Shown here: positions 1 to 9,893 of the stretch, one piece after another
Numbering within the stretch: position 1 is the first letter of the stretch
Layout: every line of letters starts with the position of its first letter
IMG/VR virus record: IMGVR_UViG_3300029319_000021
Length of the DNA stretch: 20,000 nucleotides
Origin: an uncultured virus (IMG/VR IMGVR_UViG_3300029319_000021)
Lineage: Duplodnaviria > Heunggongvirae > Uroviricota > Caudoviricetes
Strand: one strand, 5' to 3'
Translations under genes and position numbers: made by a program
Notes under the pieces: model-generated
What the model saw: the letters and a program-made list of their open reading frames with translations, nothing else
Told to the model about the DNA's origin: nothing
The model's database searches: none

Positions 1-348
1 GCTGCGGTCACTGGTGAACTGCAGGTTAGTGGTGATATTATTGCTTTTTATTCTTCATCAGATAAAAACTTAAAGGATAACATCACACCTATTGAAGATC
101 CTCTTGCTAAGGTGCTTTCAATTAGTGGTAATACATTTACTTGGAAGGAAGGAAATTCTTATCAAGGTGAAGATACTGGTGTAGTTGCACAAGAAATTGA
201 AGCACTCGGATTACCTGGAATAGTCAAAGATCAAGATTCTGGACATAAATCAGTACAATATCATAAACTCGTTCCTCTTCTTATTGAGGCTATTAAAGAG
301 CTTTCAACCAAGGTCGAAAATTTGGAACAAAAACTCCAAGATAAATAA
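1..348 (+). CDS. Tail fibre C-terminus with intramolecular chaperone / autocleavage (peptidase S74) domain, 5'-truncated
   Basis: Frame is open from base 1: ...GDIIAFYSSSDKNLKDNITPIEDPLAKVLSISGNTFTWK...GVVAQEIE...VQYHKLVPLLIEAIKEL plus a coiled coil. S-D-x-x-L-K and GxxAQE are S74 hallmarks. Confidence 0.9.
   Translation, partial: AAVTGELQVSGDIIAFYSSSDKNLKDNITPIEDPLAKVLSISGNTFTWKEGNSYQGEDTGVVAQEIEALGLPGIVKDQDSGHKSVQYHKLVPLLIEAIKELSTKVENLEQKLQDK
341..347 (+). promoter_or_regulatory. T4-type late promoter-like ATAAATA
   Basis: ATAAATA lies 16 nt before the ATG of a structural gene and matches the T4 late consensus TATAAATA. Confidence 0.55.
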
Positions 349-363
349 CTAAAAAGTCATAAG

Positions 364-3300
364 ATGGCAAATTATAGAAAGTCGTTTAATTTTCGTAATG
401 GTGTACAAGTTGATAATGATAACTTTATAGTAAATCCAAATGGTTTAGTCGGTATAGGAACGTCCGTTCCGACTGAACTATTGGATGTTAGAGGAACTAC
501 TAAAGTTACTGGAATAGTAACTACTACTAATTTGTGGGTAAATGAAAATTTATATGTTGGTGGTATTTCGACTGTTGGATTTATAACTGCATCAGATATA
601 TCGGTTTCTGGAGTTGTAACTGCCACTAAATTTAAGGGTGATGGTAGTGAATTATCAGGATTAGCACAGGCAGCATGGAATATAACATCGGCAGGATTAT
701 CAACATTAACTGATGTTGGTATAGGAACTACAAATCCAGAATATAAGTTACAAATAGGATTTAATCCATCAACTGGCAGTGGAACTGGTATAGATTCGAC
801 AGGAAATGGATTTTTTAGTGGAATTGTAACAACTGGAGGACTCGAAACAACTGGATTCGTAACAACAGGAAATCTATATGTTTCTGGAGTTACTTCACAT
901 TTTGATGATTTAACACTCTTTGGTGCAGGTGGTAATGCTTCATGGGATAGAGATGGTGGATCAGGTCAAGGACAATTAGGTTTTTCAGATAATGTTAGAG
1001 CAGTTTTTGGAACGGGAAATGATTTAAAAATATTTCATGGTAATTCCCCTTATGATTCAGAATCGGCAGACCAACACAGTTATATTCAAGATTCTGGAAC
1101 TGGAGATTTAGTACTATTATCCAATCAAGTTGCAATAAGAAATGCGGCTGAAACTGAGGATATGGCAAGGTTCTACAGTGATGGATCTGTTGAATTGAGA
1201 TATAATGGTAGTAAAAAATTCGAAACGAGTGGACTTGGTGTAACTGTAACTGGTGTTACAAGCACAACAGATTTATGGGTAGATGAAGATGTATATATTA
1301 CAGGAGTTGCTACTGCAACAACATTTTTTGGTGCATTAACAGGAACAGCATCAACTGCCACAGCATCAGCGACTGCTTTTGGATTATCAGGAACTCCTCA
1401 TGTTACTGTAGGAAATTTAATTGGTGCTGCAGCTACATTTACAAATCTTGAAGTTGATAATTATGCATTTAGTGTACTGAGCACAGGAAAAGTTGGTATA
1501 GGAACAAGCATTTCAACAGCAGATTTACAAATTAATAAATCTACTAATACATTGCTAGAAGTAATAACATCGAGTAATACTTCAAGTGTGAGTGTTGGAC
1601 AATCTGTTGGTTTAGGTAATAGTAGTGGTGCTCTACAATTTAATTCAGGTACTCTAAAACTTAAAAACTATGATTTGGGTGGAGTAGAAGTTGAGTTACA
1701 TGCTGGTACTGGAAGTGGAACAACAGAATCATTTAAAGTTGTACACGATGATAATACACAATTTGAAGCAACTTATGATGGTAAGGTTGGTGTTAATCGT
1801 CCTGGAGTAAATTTATCACGTAATTTAGAAGTTGGTGGTAATGCTTACATAACTAGGGATTTGGAAGTTGTAGGTGTCATTACCGCAGGAGTCGGTGCTA
1901 ATCAAATTACTTTTGGTGATGGTAGTTCTATACCATTCCCAGAATCTCAACAATTTAATATTATTAGTGGTATTTCAACATTTAATAATTTGAATGTTGG
2001 ACGAGATCAAAGAGTAGGTGGTTCTTCAACAATAAGTGGGAATTTATTTGCTGCTGGAAGCGTAGGATTTGGAACTACTGGTAGTGCTGGATTTCTTGGT
2101 GGTGGTAATTTTAGTGTTGAGGTATTTGGTGATTTATTGTCACATGAAGGAATTATCGCACAAAGTAAAGGTGGTTTATCAACAGCAACTGATGGAAGTT
2201 TATTAGGTGATCCAAGAAGTGTCGCTATTTCTCTTCTTCCAGATGAAAATGTAGTTTCCCCACTTTCATATGGTACTTTCCAAGTAGATACAGCAGATCA
2301 AGGATTTAGTGTAATTGGTAAACAATCATTATTTGTTCCTACTGTGGGTGTTCCAGTAGCAGGATTTGGAGCAACTAACTTAGGAATTCTTCCTAAGGAT
2401 TTTGCTAAACAAAAGAGTTTATCAACGGTTGGAATCAATACTTACTTTGCTAGATCTGTTCTTGATGTTGGTGCTGCAACTACTACAAATAATAGTTATT
2501 TCATTCCACCTTCAGTAACAAGTGGTGAACTTGAAATAATTGCTAATCTATGGACTGGAAAGATAGTTGGATATGGTACAGTTCGAGCTAAACAGGTTAC
2601 TCCAGATGGAGTTCCTGGTGGTGCATTAGTATATAATAGAACCAATACAAGATTAGAAGTTGGTATTGGTACAACAACTTTCTGTGGAATTGCTACATTA
2701 ACAAATAATCATACTGGATATAGTGCTTATGTTCCACCATATGTTAATACAGAACAAAGACTTGCATTAACAAACGCTGGAATTGCTAGTGGTGCGATTA
2801 TATTCAACCCTCTTAACAAGAGGTTGGAAATGTATAAAGATGCCGTAACAGGATGGGTTGGAATTGCAACTGGTTCTACTACTGGTGCAGTATCACTTGA
2901 CGACCTAATTGATGTTGAAGTTCCTTATCCTAATGATAAAGATTCATTGGTATGGAACGCAGGTGCATCTAAATGGGTGCCATTCAATGTTGGAACAGGA
3001 AGATTTATATCTAATGATACTGGAATTAGTACAAATACTAATTTAGGTATTGGAACTACAACTGCCTCATCAGCCTTAACTGTTAGTGGTGATGGTATAT
3101 TTACTGGTGTTGTAACTGCTACTTCATTCATTGGTTCTGGTGTAAACTTAACTGGTGTTGGTACTCAAGGTCTTAATGTACAGGCACAATCATTAACTGT
3201 TGCTGGTATATCAACATTCCATAATGATATAAAGATTGGCACAGGTGTTACGATAGAGTCAAATGGAGATGCAACTTATACGGGTATTGTAACTGCTGGT

Positions 3301-4917
3301 TCATTTGTAGGTGATGGTTCTGGACTTACTGGTGTTGGTACACAAGGAATAAATGGACAATTCCGTGGATTAGTTGTTGCTGGTGTTTCTACCTTAGGTG
3401 TTACTTCAGTAAGTAATTTAGGGGTAGAAGAATTAAATGTAACTGGTATTAGTACATTTACTACAGTTAGTCTTTTAAAAGGATTATCTGTTGTAGATAT
3501 TACTGGATCAGGTCTTGTTGCATCTGGTGTTGTTACTGCAACGACTGTAGATGCAGGTATTGTCACCTCTACAAATCTTTATGTAACAGGTGTTTCGACT
3601 GTTGGTGTTATTACTGGAGGCACTTCGGTAGGTGCTAGTAACTTCTATGGTAATTTGGTTGGAGATGTAACTGGTGATGTAACTGGAAATACAACTGGAA
3701 ATTTAACAGGTAATGTTTATTCAGCATCAGGTATTTCAACATTTATGGGAAGTGTTGGAATTGGAACAACAGACATTGTTGGTGCAGCAAAAACTCTTAA
3801 TACCTCAGTATTAAATGCTGGTATTGTTACTGCTGCATATTTCTATGGTGATGGTAGTGGATTAACAAATTCTAGTGCTACTCTTGCTGCAGCATCAGGA
3901 ACTCAAAGAGTTGTTCTAACCAGCTTAACTTCAGGTGATATGGTTAATGCTGCTACTGACGGAGATTTATCATTTACTGTTGCTACAAATACATTAAACA
4001 CAATAAACATATCTGCAACTGCTGCTAATTATACTGGTATTGTAACAGCATCTTCTTTTGTTGGTGATATAACAGGAGATGTGACAGGTGCTTCCTCAAA
4101 AATAACATTAGGAAATGAATCTACTGATACTACTTGTTTCCCAATATTTGTCACAGCAGCGACAGGTGATTTAGCACCTAAGACAAATACAAATTTAAGT
4201 TTTGATTCTTCGAATGGAACTTTAAGTGCTGCTAAATTTTCTGGTCCTGCTTCAGCATTAACGAATGATGCATCAGTCAATACAAGTGGAGTTATTACCG
4301 CTTCTTCTTTTGTTGGTGATGGTTCTGGATTGACCAGTGTAATTGGTTCTGGTTCAGGTGTTGTTATAAAACATGATGATGCCACAGTTGGTACTGCTGG
4401 TACGATTAATTTCTCATCAAACTTAGATGTATCTGATATTTCTGCTGGTGTCGTAACTGTAACTGCGTCTGGTGGTGGCGGTGGTGCTTCTGGAGTATGG
4501 GCAACCACTGATGCTGGAATTAATACAACTTCAAGTGTTGGTGTAGGAACAACAAATCCACAATCAACTTTCCAAGTAGAAAGATATGGTATTCAGACTG
4601 GATTAGGAACATTTGATGCAATTGCTGGAGTAGCACAAACAGTTGATACATTTGCAATTTCCTCAACAGATTACAGAACTGCAGAATATACTCTTCACTT
4701 TGAAAGAGGAATTGATATTCAGGCACAAAAACTTCTTGTGATGCAAAATGGAACCACCGCATACTCTCAAGAATATGCAACAATGGCTGAATCTAATACT
4801 ATTGTTTCTGTAGCAGCAACAATTACAGGTGGAACTACCTGTGAGATTTTGATAACTCCAGAAATAGGTATTAGTGGACTAACCACATATAGATTCGTAA
4901 GAGGGGCTCTTCTTTAA
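364..4917 (+). CDS. Long tail fibre-like virion protein (1517 aa)
   Basis: Gly/Thr/Ser/Val-rich. Repeated VGIGTT and GIVTAxxFxGDGSxLT motifs are typical of cyanomyovirus fibres. It sits among S74 fibre genes. Confidence 0.85.
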   Translation: MANYRKSFNFRNGVQVDNDNFIVNPNGLVGIGTSVPTELLDVRGTTKVTGIVTTTNLWVNENLYVGGISTVGFITASDISVSGVVTATKFKGDGSELSGLAQAAWNITSAGLSTLTDVGIGTTNPEYKLQIGFNPSTGSGTGIDSTGNGFFSGIVTTGGLETTGFVTTGNLYVSGVTSHFDDLTLFGAGGNASWDRDGGSGQGQLGFSDNVRAVFGTGNDLKIFHGNSPYDSESADQHSYIQDSGTGDLVLLSNQVAIRNAAETEDMARFYSDGSVELRYNGSKKFETSGLGVTVTGVTSTTDLWVDEDVYITGVATATTFFGALTGTASTATASATAFGLSGTPHVTVGNLIGAAATFTNLEVDNYAFSVLSTGKVGIGTSISTADLQINKSTNTLLEVITSSNTSSVSVGQSVGLGNSSGALQFNSGTLKLKNYDLGGVEVELHAGTGSGTTESFKVVHDDNTQFEATYDGKVGVNRPGVNLSRNLEVGGNAYITRDLEVVGVITAGVGANQITFGDGSSIPFPESQQFNIISGISTFNNLNVGRDQRVGGSSTISGNLFAAGSVGFGTTGSAGFLGGGNFSVEVFGDLLSHEGIIAQSKGGLSTATDGSLLGDPRSVAISLLPDENVVSPLSYGTFQVDTADQGFSVIGKQSLFVPTVGVPVAGFGATNLGILPKDFAKQKSLSTVGINTYFARSVLDVGAATTTNNSYFIPPSVTSGELEIIANLWTGKIVGYGTVRAKQVTPDGVPGGALVYNRTNTRLEVGIGTTTFCGIATLTNNHTGYSAYVPPYVNTEQRLALTNAGIASGAIIFNPLNKRLEMYKDAVTGWVGIATGSTTGAVSLDDLIDVEVPYPNDKDSLVWNAGASKWVPFNVGTGRFISNDTGISTNTNLGIGTTTASSALTVSGDGIFTGVVTATSFIGSGVNLTGVGTQGLNVQAQSLTVAGISTFHNDIKIGTGVTIESNGDATYTGIVTAGSFVGDGSGLTGVGTQGINGQFRGLVVAGVSTLGVTSVSNLGVEELNVTGISTFTTVSLLKGLSVVDITGSGLVASGVVTATTVDAGIVTSTNLYVTGVSTVGVITGGTSVGASNFYGNLVGDVTGDVTGNTTGNLTGNVYSASGISTFMGSVGIGTTDIVGAAKTLNTSVLNAGIVTAAYFYGDGSGLTNSSATLAAASGTQRVVLTSLTSGDMVNAATDGDLSFTVATNTLNTINISATAANYTGIVTASSFVGDITGDVTGASSKITLGNESTDTTCFPIFVTAATGDLAPKTNTNLSFDSSNGTLSAAKFSGPASALTNDASVNTSGVITASSFVGDGSGLTSVIGSGSGVVIKHDDATVGTAGTINFSSNLDVSDISAGVVTVTASGGGGGASGVWATTDAGINTTSSVGVGTTNPQSTFQVERYGIQTGLGTFDAIAGVAQTVDTFAISSTDYRTAEYTLHFERGIDIQAQKLLVMQNGTTAYSQEYATMAESNTIVSVAATITGGTTCEILITPEIGISGLTTYRFVRGALL

Positions 4918-7226
4918 TGCATACTATAACTGCAGTATCATTTGGTTCAACTATACAAAATGATGTAGTACGTGTCATAAATGATACACCAAGAACCGAT
5001 CCACAGGCGTTCACAGTTTATGTAAAAGATGCAAAGGATTGGAAAGAAATTCATGATTATATCATTTATGAAAATAATCTTGATGATATTCCTAATCGTC
5101 AAATAAGTGTTGTATCGGAACTAGCATTTTCTCCAAAAAGATCTGTTTACTCTATGTCAGAAGATGAGGCAGATGTTTTAAGAAATCATCCAAAAGTTGG
5201 ATTAGTGACATATTCTTCTATGTACAATGAAGTTGTATTAGAACAAGCAAAATATGATCAAGAGCATGATAGACTTACAGATGCATTTAGATTTCAAGAT
5301 ACTTTTAATAGTACTAAATTTTATAATGCTCTAACATTTCCCCCTCACAATACCGACGATCCTATTGATTGTAAAACAGAACATATATCATTTTGGAGAA
5401 GGGATACTAATACTGTATTTGATATTAATACTCCTTTACCACAAGGAACTACTAATGGTGTTTATCGAGATTTGAGTTTTGGAGGTATTGGTATAGGATC
5501 AACAAATCCAGGTGTAGGTCTAACATTCACACAATGGGGATTACATAGACATAGTTATAAAGAAAATCCTTTTAAAGCAGGTTATCCTGATAGTGTTAAT
5601 GGATCTCTTGATAATGAAGTAATAACTGACAAAGATGTTGCATTTTCATTAACAGGAAAACATGTTGATGTTGTTATTATGGATAGTGGAGTTATATGGA
5701 ATCATCCAGAATTTTTACTTCCTGGTATAACTACTATTTCTACATATAGATCAACAACAGATTCTGAAGGAAATTCATATGATGCAAGTACAGAATGGGT
5801 AAAACCATATACAAGAGTACGAGATATATTACTTGATGGTAAATCTGATTATGGTATTGATTGGGAAGCAGAAGGATTAGTTTCTGCAGGTGCTGGTATA
5901 TTAACCGCTTATAATAGACAAAATGTGCTTTCACAATCGGGCATAGGAACTGATAATGGACATGGTACTCATGTTGCTTCAACTGCGGCTGGTAATGTAT
6001 TTGGACACGCACCTGAGGCAAACATATGGTCTATTGCTTGTGTTGATAGATCAGATGTTGGATTTGCAGAAGCTTCTGATGGTTTTGATTATATTAAAGT
6101 ATGGCATAAGAAAAAACCAATAAATCCTGTAACAGGTAGAAAAAATCCTACTATTGTTAATTGTAGTTGGGGTCAGAGACAGTTCTTTGTGTATAGTTTT
6201 GCTAGTCTTCCTTATACTGCAACTTTTAGAGGAACTTCCTATACTAGAGAACAAATAGAAGCAGATAATAATGCTGCTCCTGCCATTTATTATATCAATA
6301 AATCAGGTGGTTCTAGTCAATTCTTTAAGGCATTTACGAGTAAAAAAGATAGTGGACAAGCATCTGCCGATGAATTATATGAAGATCCTGATTGTAAGGA
6401 TGTTATTCTAGTATGTGCAGCAGGTAATAGTGGATATGACAATGGTAAACAGGACTTGCCATTGGGATATGGTGGTGATGGTGATTATGAAAATAATGAA
6501 ATTACTTCTGGTGCTTTCCTCTATACCTCTGGATTTGACAATCATTACAATCGTCCAGGTACACCTGCAATTACTGGTATTGGAAAACCTGATGCTGTAA
6601 TAAAAGTAGGTTCTATTGATAGTACACGAACAGGTGTTGGAACTGTTGGAATTGATGATGGTAGAGTAGGAACCAGTGGTACTTTTGGACAGGAAAGAAT
6701 TTCTAGGTTTAGTAACAGAGGTCCAGCAGTTGATGTACTAGCTGCTGGAAGTAATATATGGGGAGCGTACGATAGAATCGAAAATTCTGTTTTACCTGAT
6801 GGATACAGAGATCCTAGAAGACCAATATTCGATACATCATTACCTGATGATGATATTACAAGACGAGCAAATGCATTCTCTTGTGTTCCTGTAAGTGGAA
6901 CTAGCATGGCAACACCACAAGTAACAGGTGTCATTGCACAAAAATTACAGGCAGATCCATCAATGAATAGGATTGATGTTAGAAATTGGTTAATGAGTGA
7001 AGGGTCTGTAGTGGTAGATAATGAAGAATTTTGGGGTGGTAGATCTGGAAGTTCCCTTCCTTATACACCTGAAGATGCTGTAGGTGTTAATTCTGTTGCT
7101 TATTGGAGTGATGATTATGCATTAAGGGGTAATAATACTCGAATATTATTCAATCCTTATGCTAATAATTCACGAGCTTCTATAAAGGGTGTGAATATAT
7201 CTGGAGTTTCTATAACTCAATTATAA
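4917..7226 (+). CDS. Subtilisin-like serine protease (S8 family)
   Basis: Complete catalytic set: VVIMDSGV (Asp), HGTHVASTAAG (His), CAAGN (oxyanion Asn), FSNRGP, GTSMATPQVTG (Ser). Start overlaps the fibre stop (TAATG). Confidence 0.92.
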   Translation: MHTITAVSFGSTIQNDVVRVINDTPRTDPQAFTVYVKDAKDWKEIHDYIIYENNLDDIPNRQISVVSELAFSPKRSVYSMSEDEADVLRNHPKVGLVTYSSMYNEVVLEQAKYDQEHDRLTDAFRFQDTFNSTKFYNALTFPPHNTDDPIDCKTEHISFWRRDTNTVFDINTPLPQGTTNGVYRDLSFGGIGIGSTNPGVGLTFTQWGLHRHSYKENPFKAGYPDSVNGSLDNEVITDKDVAFSLTGKHVDVVIMDSGVIWNHPEFLLPGITTISTYRSTTDSEGNSYDASTEWVKPYTRVRDILLDGKSDYGIDWEAEGLVSAGAGILTAYNRQNVLSQSGIGTDNGHGTHVASTAAGNVFGHAPEANIWSIACVDRSDVGFAEASDGFDYIKVWHKKKPINPVTGRKNPTIVNCSWGQRQFFVYSFASLPYTATFRGTSYTREQIEADNNAAPAIYYINKSGGSSQFFKAFTSKKDSGQASADELYEDPDCKDVILVCAAGNSGYDNGKQDLPLGYGGDGDYENNEITSGAFLYTSGFDNHYNRPGTPAITGIGKPDAVIKVGSIDSTRTGVGTVGIDDGRVGTSGTFGQERISRFSNRGPAVDVLAAGSNIWGAYDRIENSVLPDGYRDPRRPIFDTSLPDDDITRRANAFSCVPVSGTSMATPQVTGVIAQKLQADPSMNRIDVRNWLMSEGSVVVDNEEFWGGRSGSSLPYTPEDAVGVNSVAYWSDDYALRGNNTRILFNPYANNSRASIKGVNISGVSITQL

Positions 7227-7229
7227 ATA
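7222..7229 (+). promoter_or_regulatory. T4 late promoter TATAAATA
   Basis: Perfect TATAAATA overlapping the S8 stop, 16 nt upstream of the next fibre ATG. Confidence 0.7.
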
Positions 7230-7245
7230 TCTAAAAACAATAAAA

Positions 7246-8559
7246 ATGGCAAATAAGAGCTTTGGTACAAAACAATTAGATTTAACTGGTGCTTCTGGGT
7301 CTCCTATTATTACGAGTCCAAGTGATTTAAGTATCAATGCAACTACTGTTGCTATAAGCACAAATATATCTGTGGGTGGTTATTTTGCATCTAATGTTAA
7401 TGTAGGAGCAGGATATTCAGTTGGTATAGGAACTACTATTCCAAGTGCAGAACTTGAGGTTAGAGGAGATATAAGATTAAGAAGAACTGCATCTGACGAT
7501 GGTGGAATATTTTTTGGAGCTACAGATAATAATTATATATTTGGTTCTGATACAGATGATCTTTTAACCTTTGCCACTAATGGTAGTGAAAAACTTCGCA
7601 TTCAATCAAATGGTTATGTTGGTATTGGAAGTGAAAGTCCACAACAACAATTAACTGTTGAAAATGATGCTACACATTGTTTAGTTCGTGTCATAAGTAA
7701 CAACTTGAATGAATCTGGTATAGATTTTGGTGATACTGACGATGGTGATCAAGGAAAAGTAAGATATAATAATGCTAATTCATATATGAGGTTTGAGGCT
7801 GCTGCAACTGAAAAACTTCGTATTACAGGCACTACAGACACCACTTTTGCAGGTAGTAATGATATAACTTTGAATCAAGGAGGTGGCATTGCTGAAACCA
7901 CTCAGGTTACGGGTGTGATAAATATGGGAACTTCTTATTTAAACAGTACACATACTGCTGGTAGTGGACATTATGGTGCTGTAAAACTTCATTTATATAA
8001 GAGTAATACTGGAACAAACGCTGAGACAATAGACAATGTATATGGTTTAGGTGTTAGTAACGGTATGATGGAGATACAATCTAACGCATTTTTAGGATTC
8101 TTTGCTGGAACTTCTGGTGCTGGAACTGGAACAAGACCATTACGAATGGTTATAGATACGAATGGTAATATTGGAGTACCAGGTAATTCCACTGAAATTT
8201 ATAATGCATCTGATTCTAGATTAAAGAAAAATGTAGTCACCTTAGATAAAGGTTTAAGTGAAATAAATTCTTTAAGACCAGTATCTTTTAGTTGGATAGA
8301 TGATTATTGTAAAGATGATAGAGATAAATTATATGGTTTTCTAGCACAAGAAGTCCAAACTATAGATTCTACTTTAGTATCTACTTTTGGAACAACACCA
8401 ATTGGAATTGGAACTGATCCATTAAATCCAACTCAGACAATAACAGATCCATTAACAGTTAATGAAAGGTTCTTGGTGCCAATGCTTGTAAAGGCAGTTC
8501 AAGAACTATCAGCAAAGAATGATGCACTTGAGGCAAGAATTGCTGCACTTGAAGGGTAA
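7246..8559 (+). CDS. Tail fibre protein with C-terminal S74 chaperone domain
   Basis: VGIGTTIP and FATNGSEKLRI fibre repeats, then SDSRLKKNV...LRPVSFSW...YGFLAQEV...LVPMLVKAVQEL and a coiled-coil end. Confidence 0.9.
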   Translation: MANKSFGTKQLDLTGASGSPIITSPSDLSINATTVAISTNISVGGYFASNVNVGAGYSVGIGTTIPSAELEVRGDIRLRRTASDDGGIFFGATDNNYIFGSDTDDLLTFATNGSEKLRIQSNGYVGIGSESPQQQLTVENDATHCLVRVISNNLNESGIDFGDTDDGDQGKVRYNNANSYMRFEAAATEKLRITGTTDTTFAGSNDITLNQGGGIAETTQVTGVINMGTSYLNSTHTAGSGHYGAVKLHLYKSNTGTNAETIDNVYGLGVSNGMMEIQSNAFLGFFAGTSGAGTGTRPLRMVIDTNGNIGVPGNSTEIYNASDSRLKKNVVTLDKGLSEINSLRPVSFSWIDDYCKDDRDKLYGFLAQEVQTIDSTLVSTFGTTPIGIGTDPLNPTQTITDPLTVNERFLVPMLVKAVQELSAKNDALEARIAALEG

Positions 8560-8635
8560 ATAAGTTGACTTAAAATCCTAATTTTTATAACTAACTCTGT
8601 AGGGTTTGTAGGACAGGCTCTATAATATTTTAAAG

Positions 8636-8692
8636 GAACCAATAGGCAAACTGCCACAAGACCCTTGCACGGGGTCTTTTTTATGCTATAAT
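8636..8692 (+). promoter_or_regulatory. Early promoter / stem-loop element (PeSL-like) A
   Basis: CCAATAGGCAAACTGCCACAA box, then hairpin AAGACCCT-tgcac-GGGGTCTT with a T-run. -35 TTGCAC (8665-8670), 16 nt spacer, TGC-TATAAT (8687-8692). Confidence 0.75.
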
Positions 8693-8717
8693 ATACTCAT
8701 ATAGACAAAGAGTATTA

Positions 8718-9893
8718 ATGCAATTACGTCCCCATCAGGAAAAAGCACTGGAAGCACTAGCAAGACATCCTAAGGGGCAGATCATCGTACCTACAGGCGG
8801 TGGTAAGACTCTTATTGCTATTAAGGATGCTATAAGAAGACTCAATGGTCTTACTGATCCAACTTTTGTTGTAGTTGCTCCACGCATCCTATTAGCAGAG
8901 CAATTATCATCTGAGTTCTTGGAAGAGATTGAGAATGTATCTGTGATGCACGTACATAGTGGTGAAACACATCATTATAGTACAACTAAGAGTGATAAGA
9001 TTCAAAAGTGGGTAAGAAATACACAGGGAAGTAAATTAATCTTTACAACATATCATTCACTTCATAGATTAGTAGAAGCAGATGTTGTTGTAGACACAGT
9101 ATATTTTGATGAAGCACACAACGCAGTACAAAAGAATTTCATAGAGTCAGTTGATTACTTCTCACTACCATTTAATTCTTTACGTTGCTACTTCTTTACT
9201 GCAACACCAAAGCACAGTAGAACACCTTTCAAGGCAGGTATGAATGATAGTGACATATTCGGTAATGTTATTTGTAATGTACCAGCACCTACATTAGTAA
9301 AGCAAGGTCATATTCTACCACCAAAGGTAAAAGTATATAAGACTGATATATTAAAGAAGGATGAAATAACATTCGATGTAGAATGTAATCAGATCATGAA
9401 TAATATTGATGACCATAAGACTAAGAAGATCTTAGTATGTGCTAAATCTACCAAACAGATTACAGGATTGATCTCATATCCTAAGTTCCTTGACGAATTG
9501 GAAGGTAGAGGTTATGATTGCATGTATATTACATCCAAGACTGGTGCTGTCATCAATGGTAAGAAAGTCAGTAGAGATGAGTTTTTTGAGACATTGAGTG
9601 CATGGGGTAAAGATGATGACAAGAAGTTTGTTGTCTTACATCACAGTATCCTAGCAGAAGGCATCAACGTAAAAGGACTTGAGGCAGTCTTATTTTTAAG
9701 ATCTATGGATTACATCGGAATATCACAAACGATAGGAAGAGTGATCCGTAAAGGTGGTAAAGACAAGACCTATGGATTAGTATGTGTTCCTGTGTATTCT
9801 AAGGTCGGTATTAGTACAGCCCGTAGAGTACAGGCAGTAGTCGATACTGTGTTTGAGAGGGGCGAACCTGCAATTAGTGTAGTTAAACGATGA
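8718..9893 (+). CDS. Superfamily 2 DEAH helicase (ResIII-like), no nuclease domain
   Basis: Q-motif LRPHQ, Walker A PTGGGKT, DEAH, motif III TATP, motif V LAEGIN, motif VI QTIGRVIR. Confidence 0.9.
   Translation: MQLRPHQEKALEALARHPKGQIIVPTGGGKTLIAIKDAIRRLNGLTDPTFVVVAPRILLAEQLSSEFLEEIENVSVMHVHSGETHHYSTTKSDKIQKWVRNTQGSKLIFTTYHSLHRLVEADVVVDTVYFDEAHNAVQKNFIESVDYFSLPFNSLRCYFFTATPKHSRTPFKAGMNDSDIFGNVICNVPAPTLVKQGHILPPKVKVYKTDILKKDEITFDVECNQIMNNIDDHKTKKILVCAKSTKQITGLISYPKFLDELEGRGYDCMYITSKTGAVINGKKVSRDEFFETLSAWGKDDDKKFVVLHHSILAEGINVKGLEAVLFLRSMDYIGISQTIGRVIRKGGKDKTYGLVCVPVYSKVGISTARRVQAVVDTVFERGEPAISVVKR

Noticed and set aside
3655..3715. GGAGATGTAACTGGTGATGTAACTGG short tandem repeat
   Set aside because: It encodes the common GDVT/GNLT fibre repeat and is explained by the protein.
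372..8192. Minus-strand and alternate-frame ORFs inside the fibre and protease genes
   Set aside because: Antisense shadows of Gly/Thr/Val-rich genes with biased codon usage. They have no motifs or SD.
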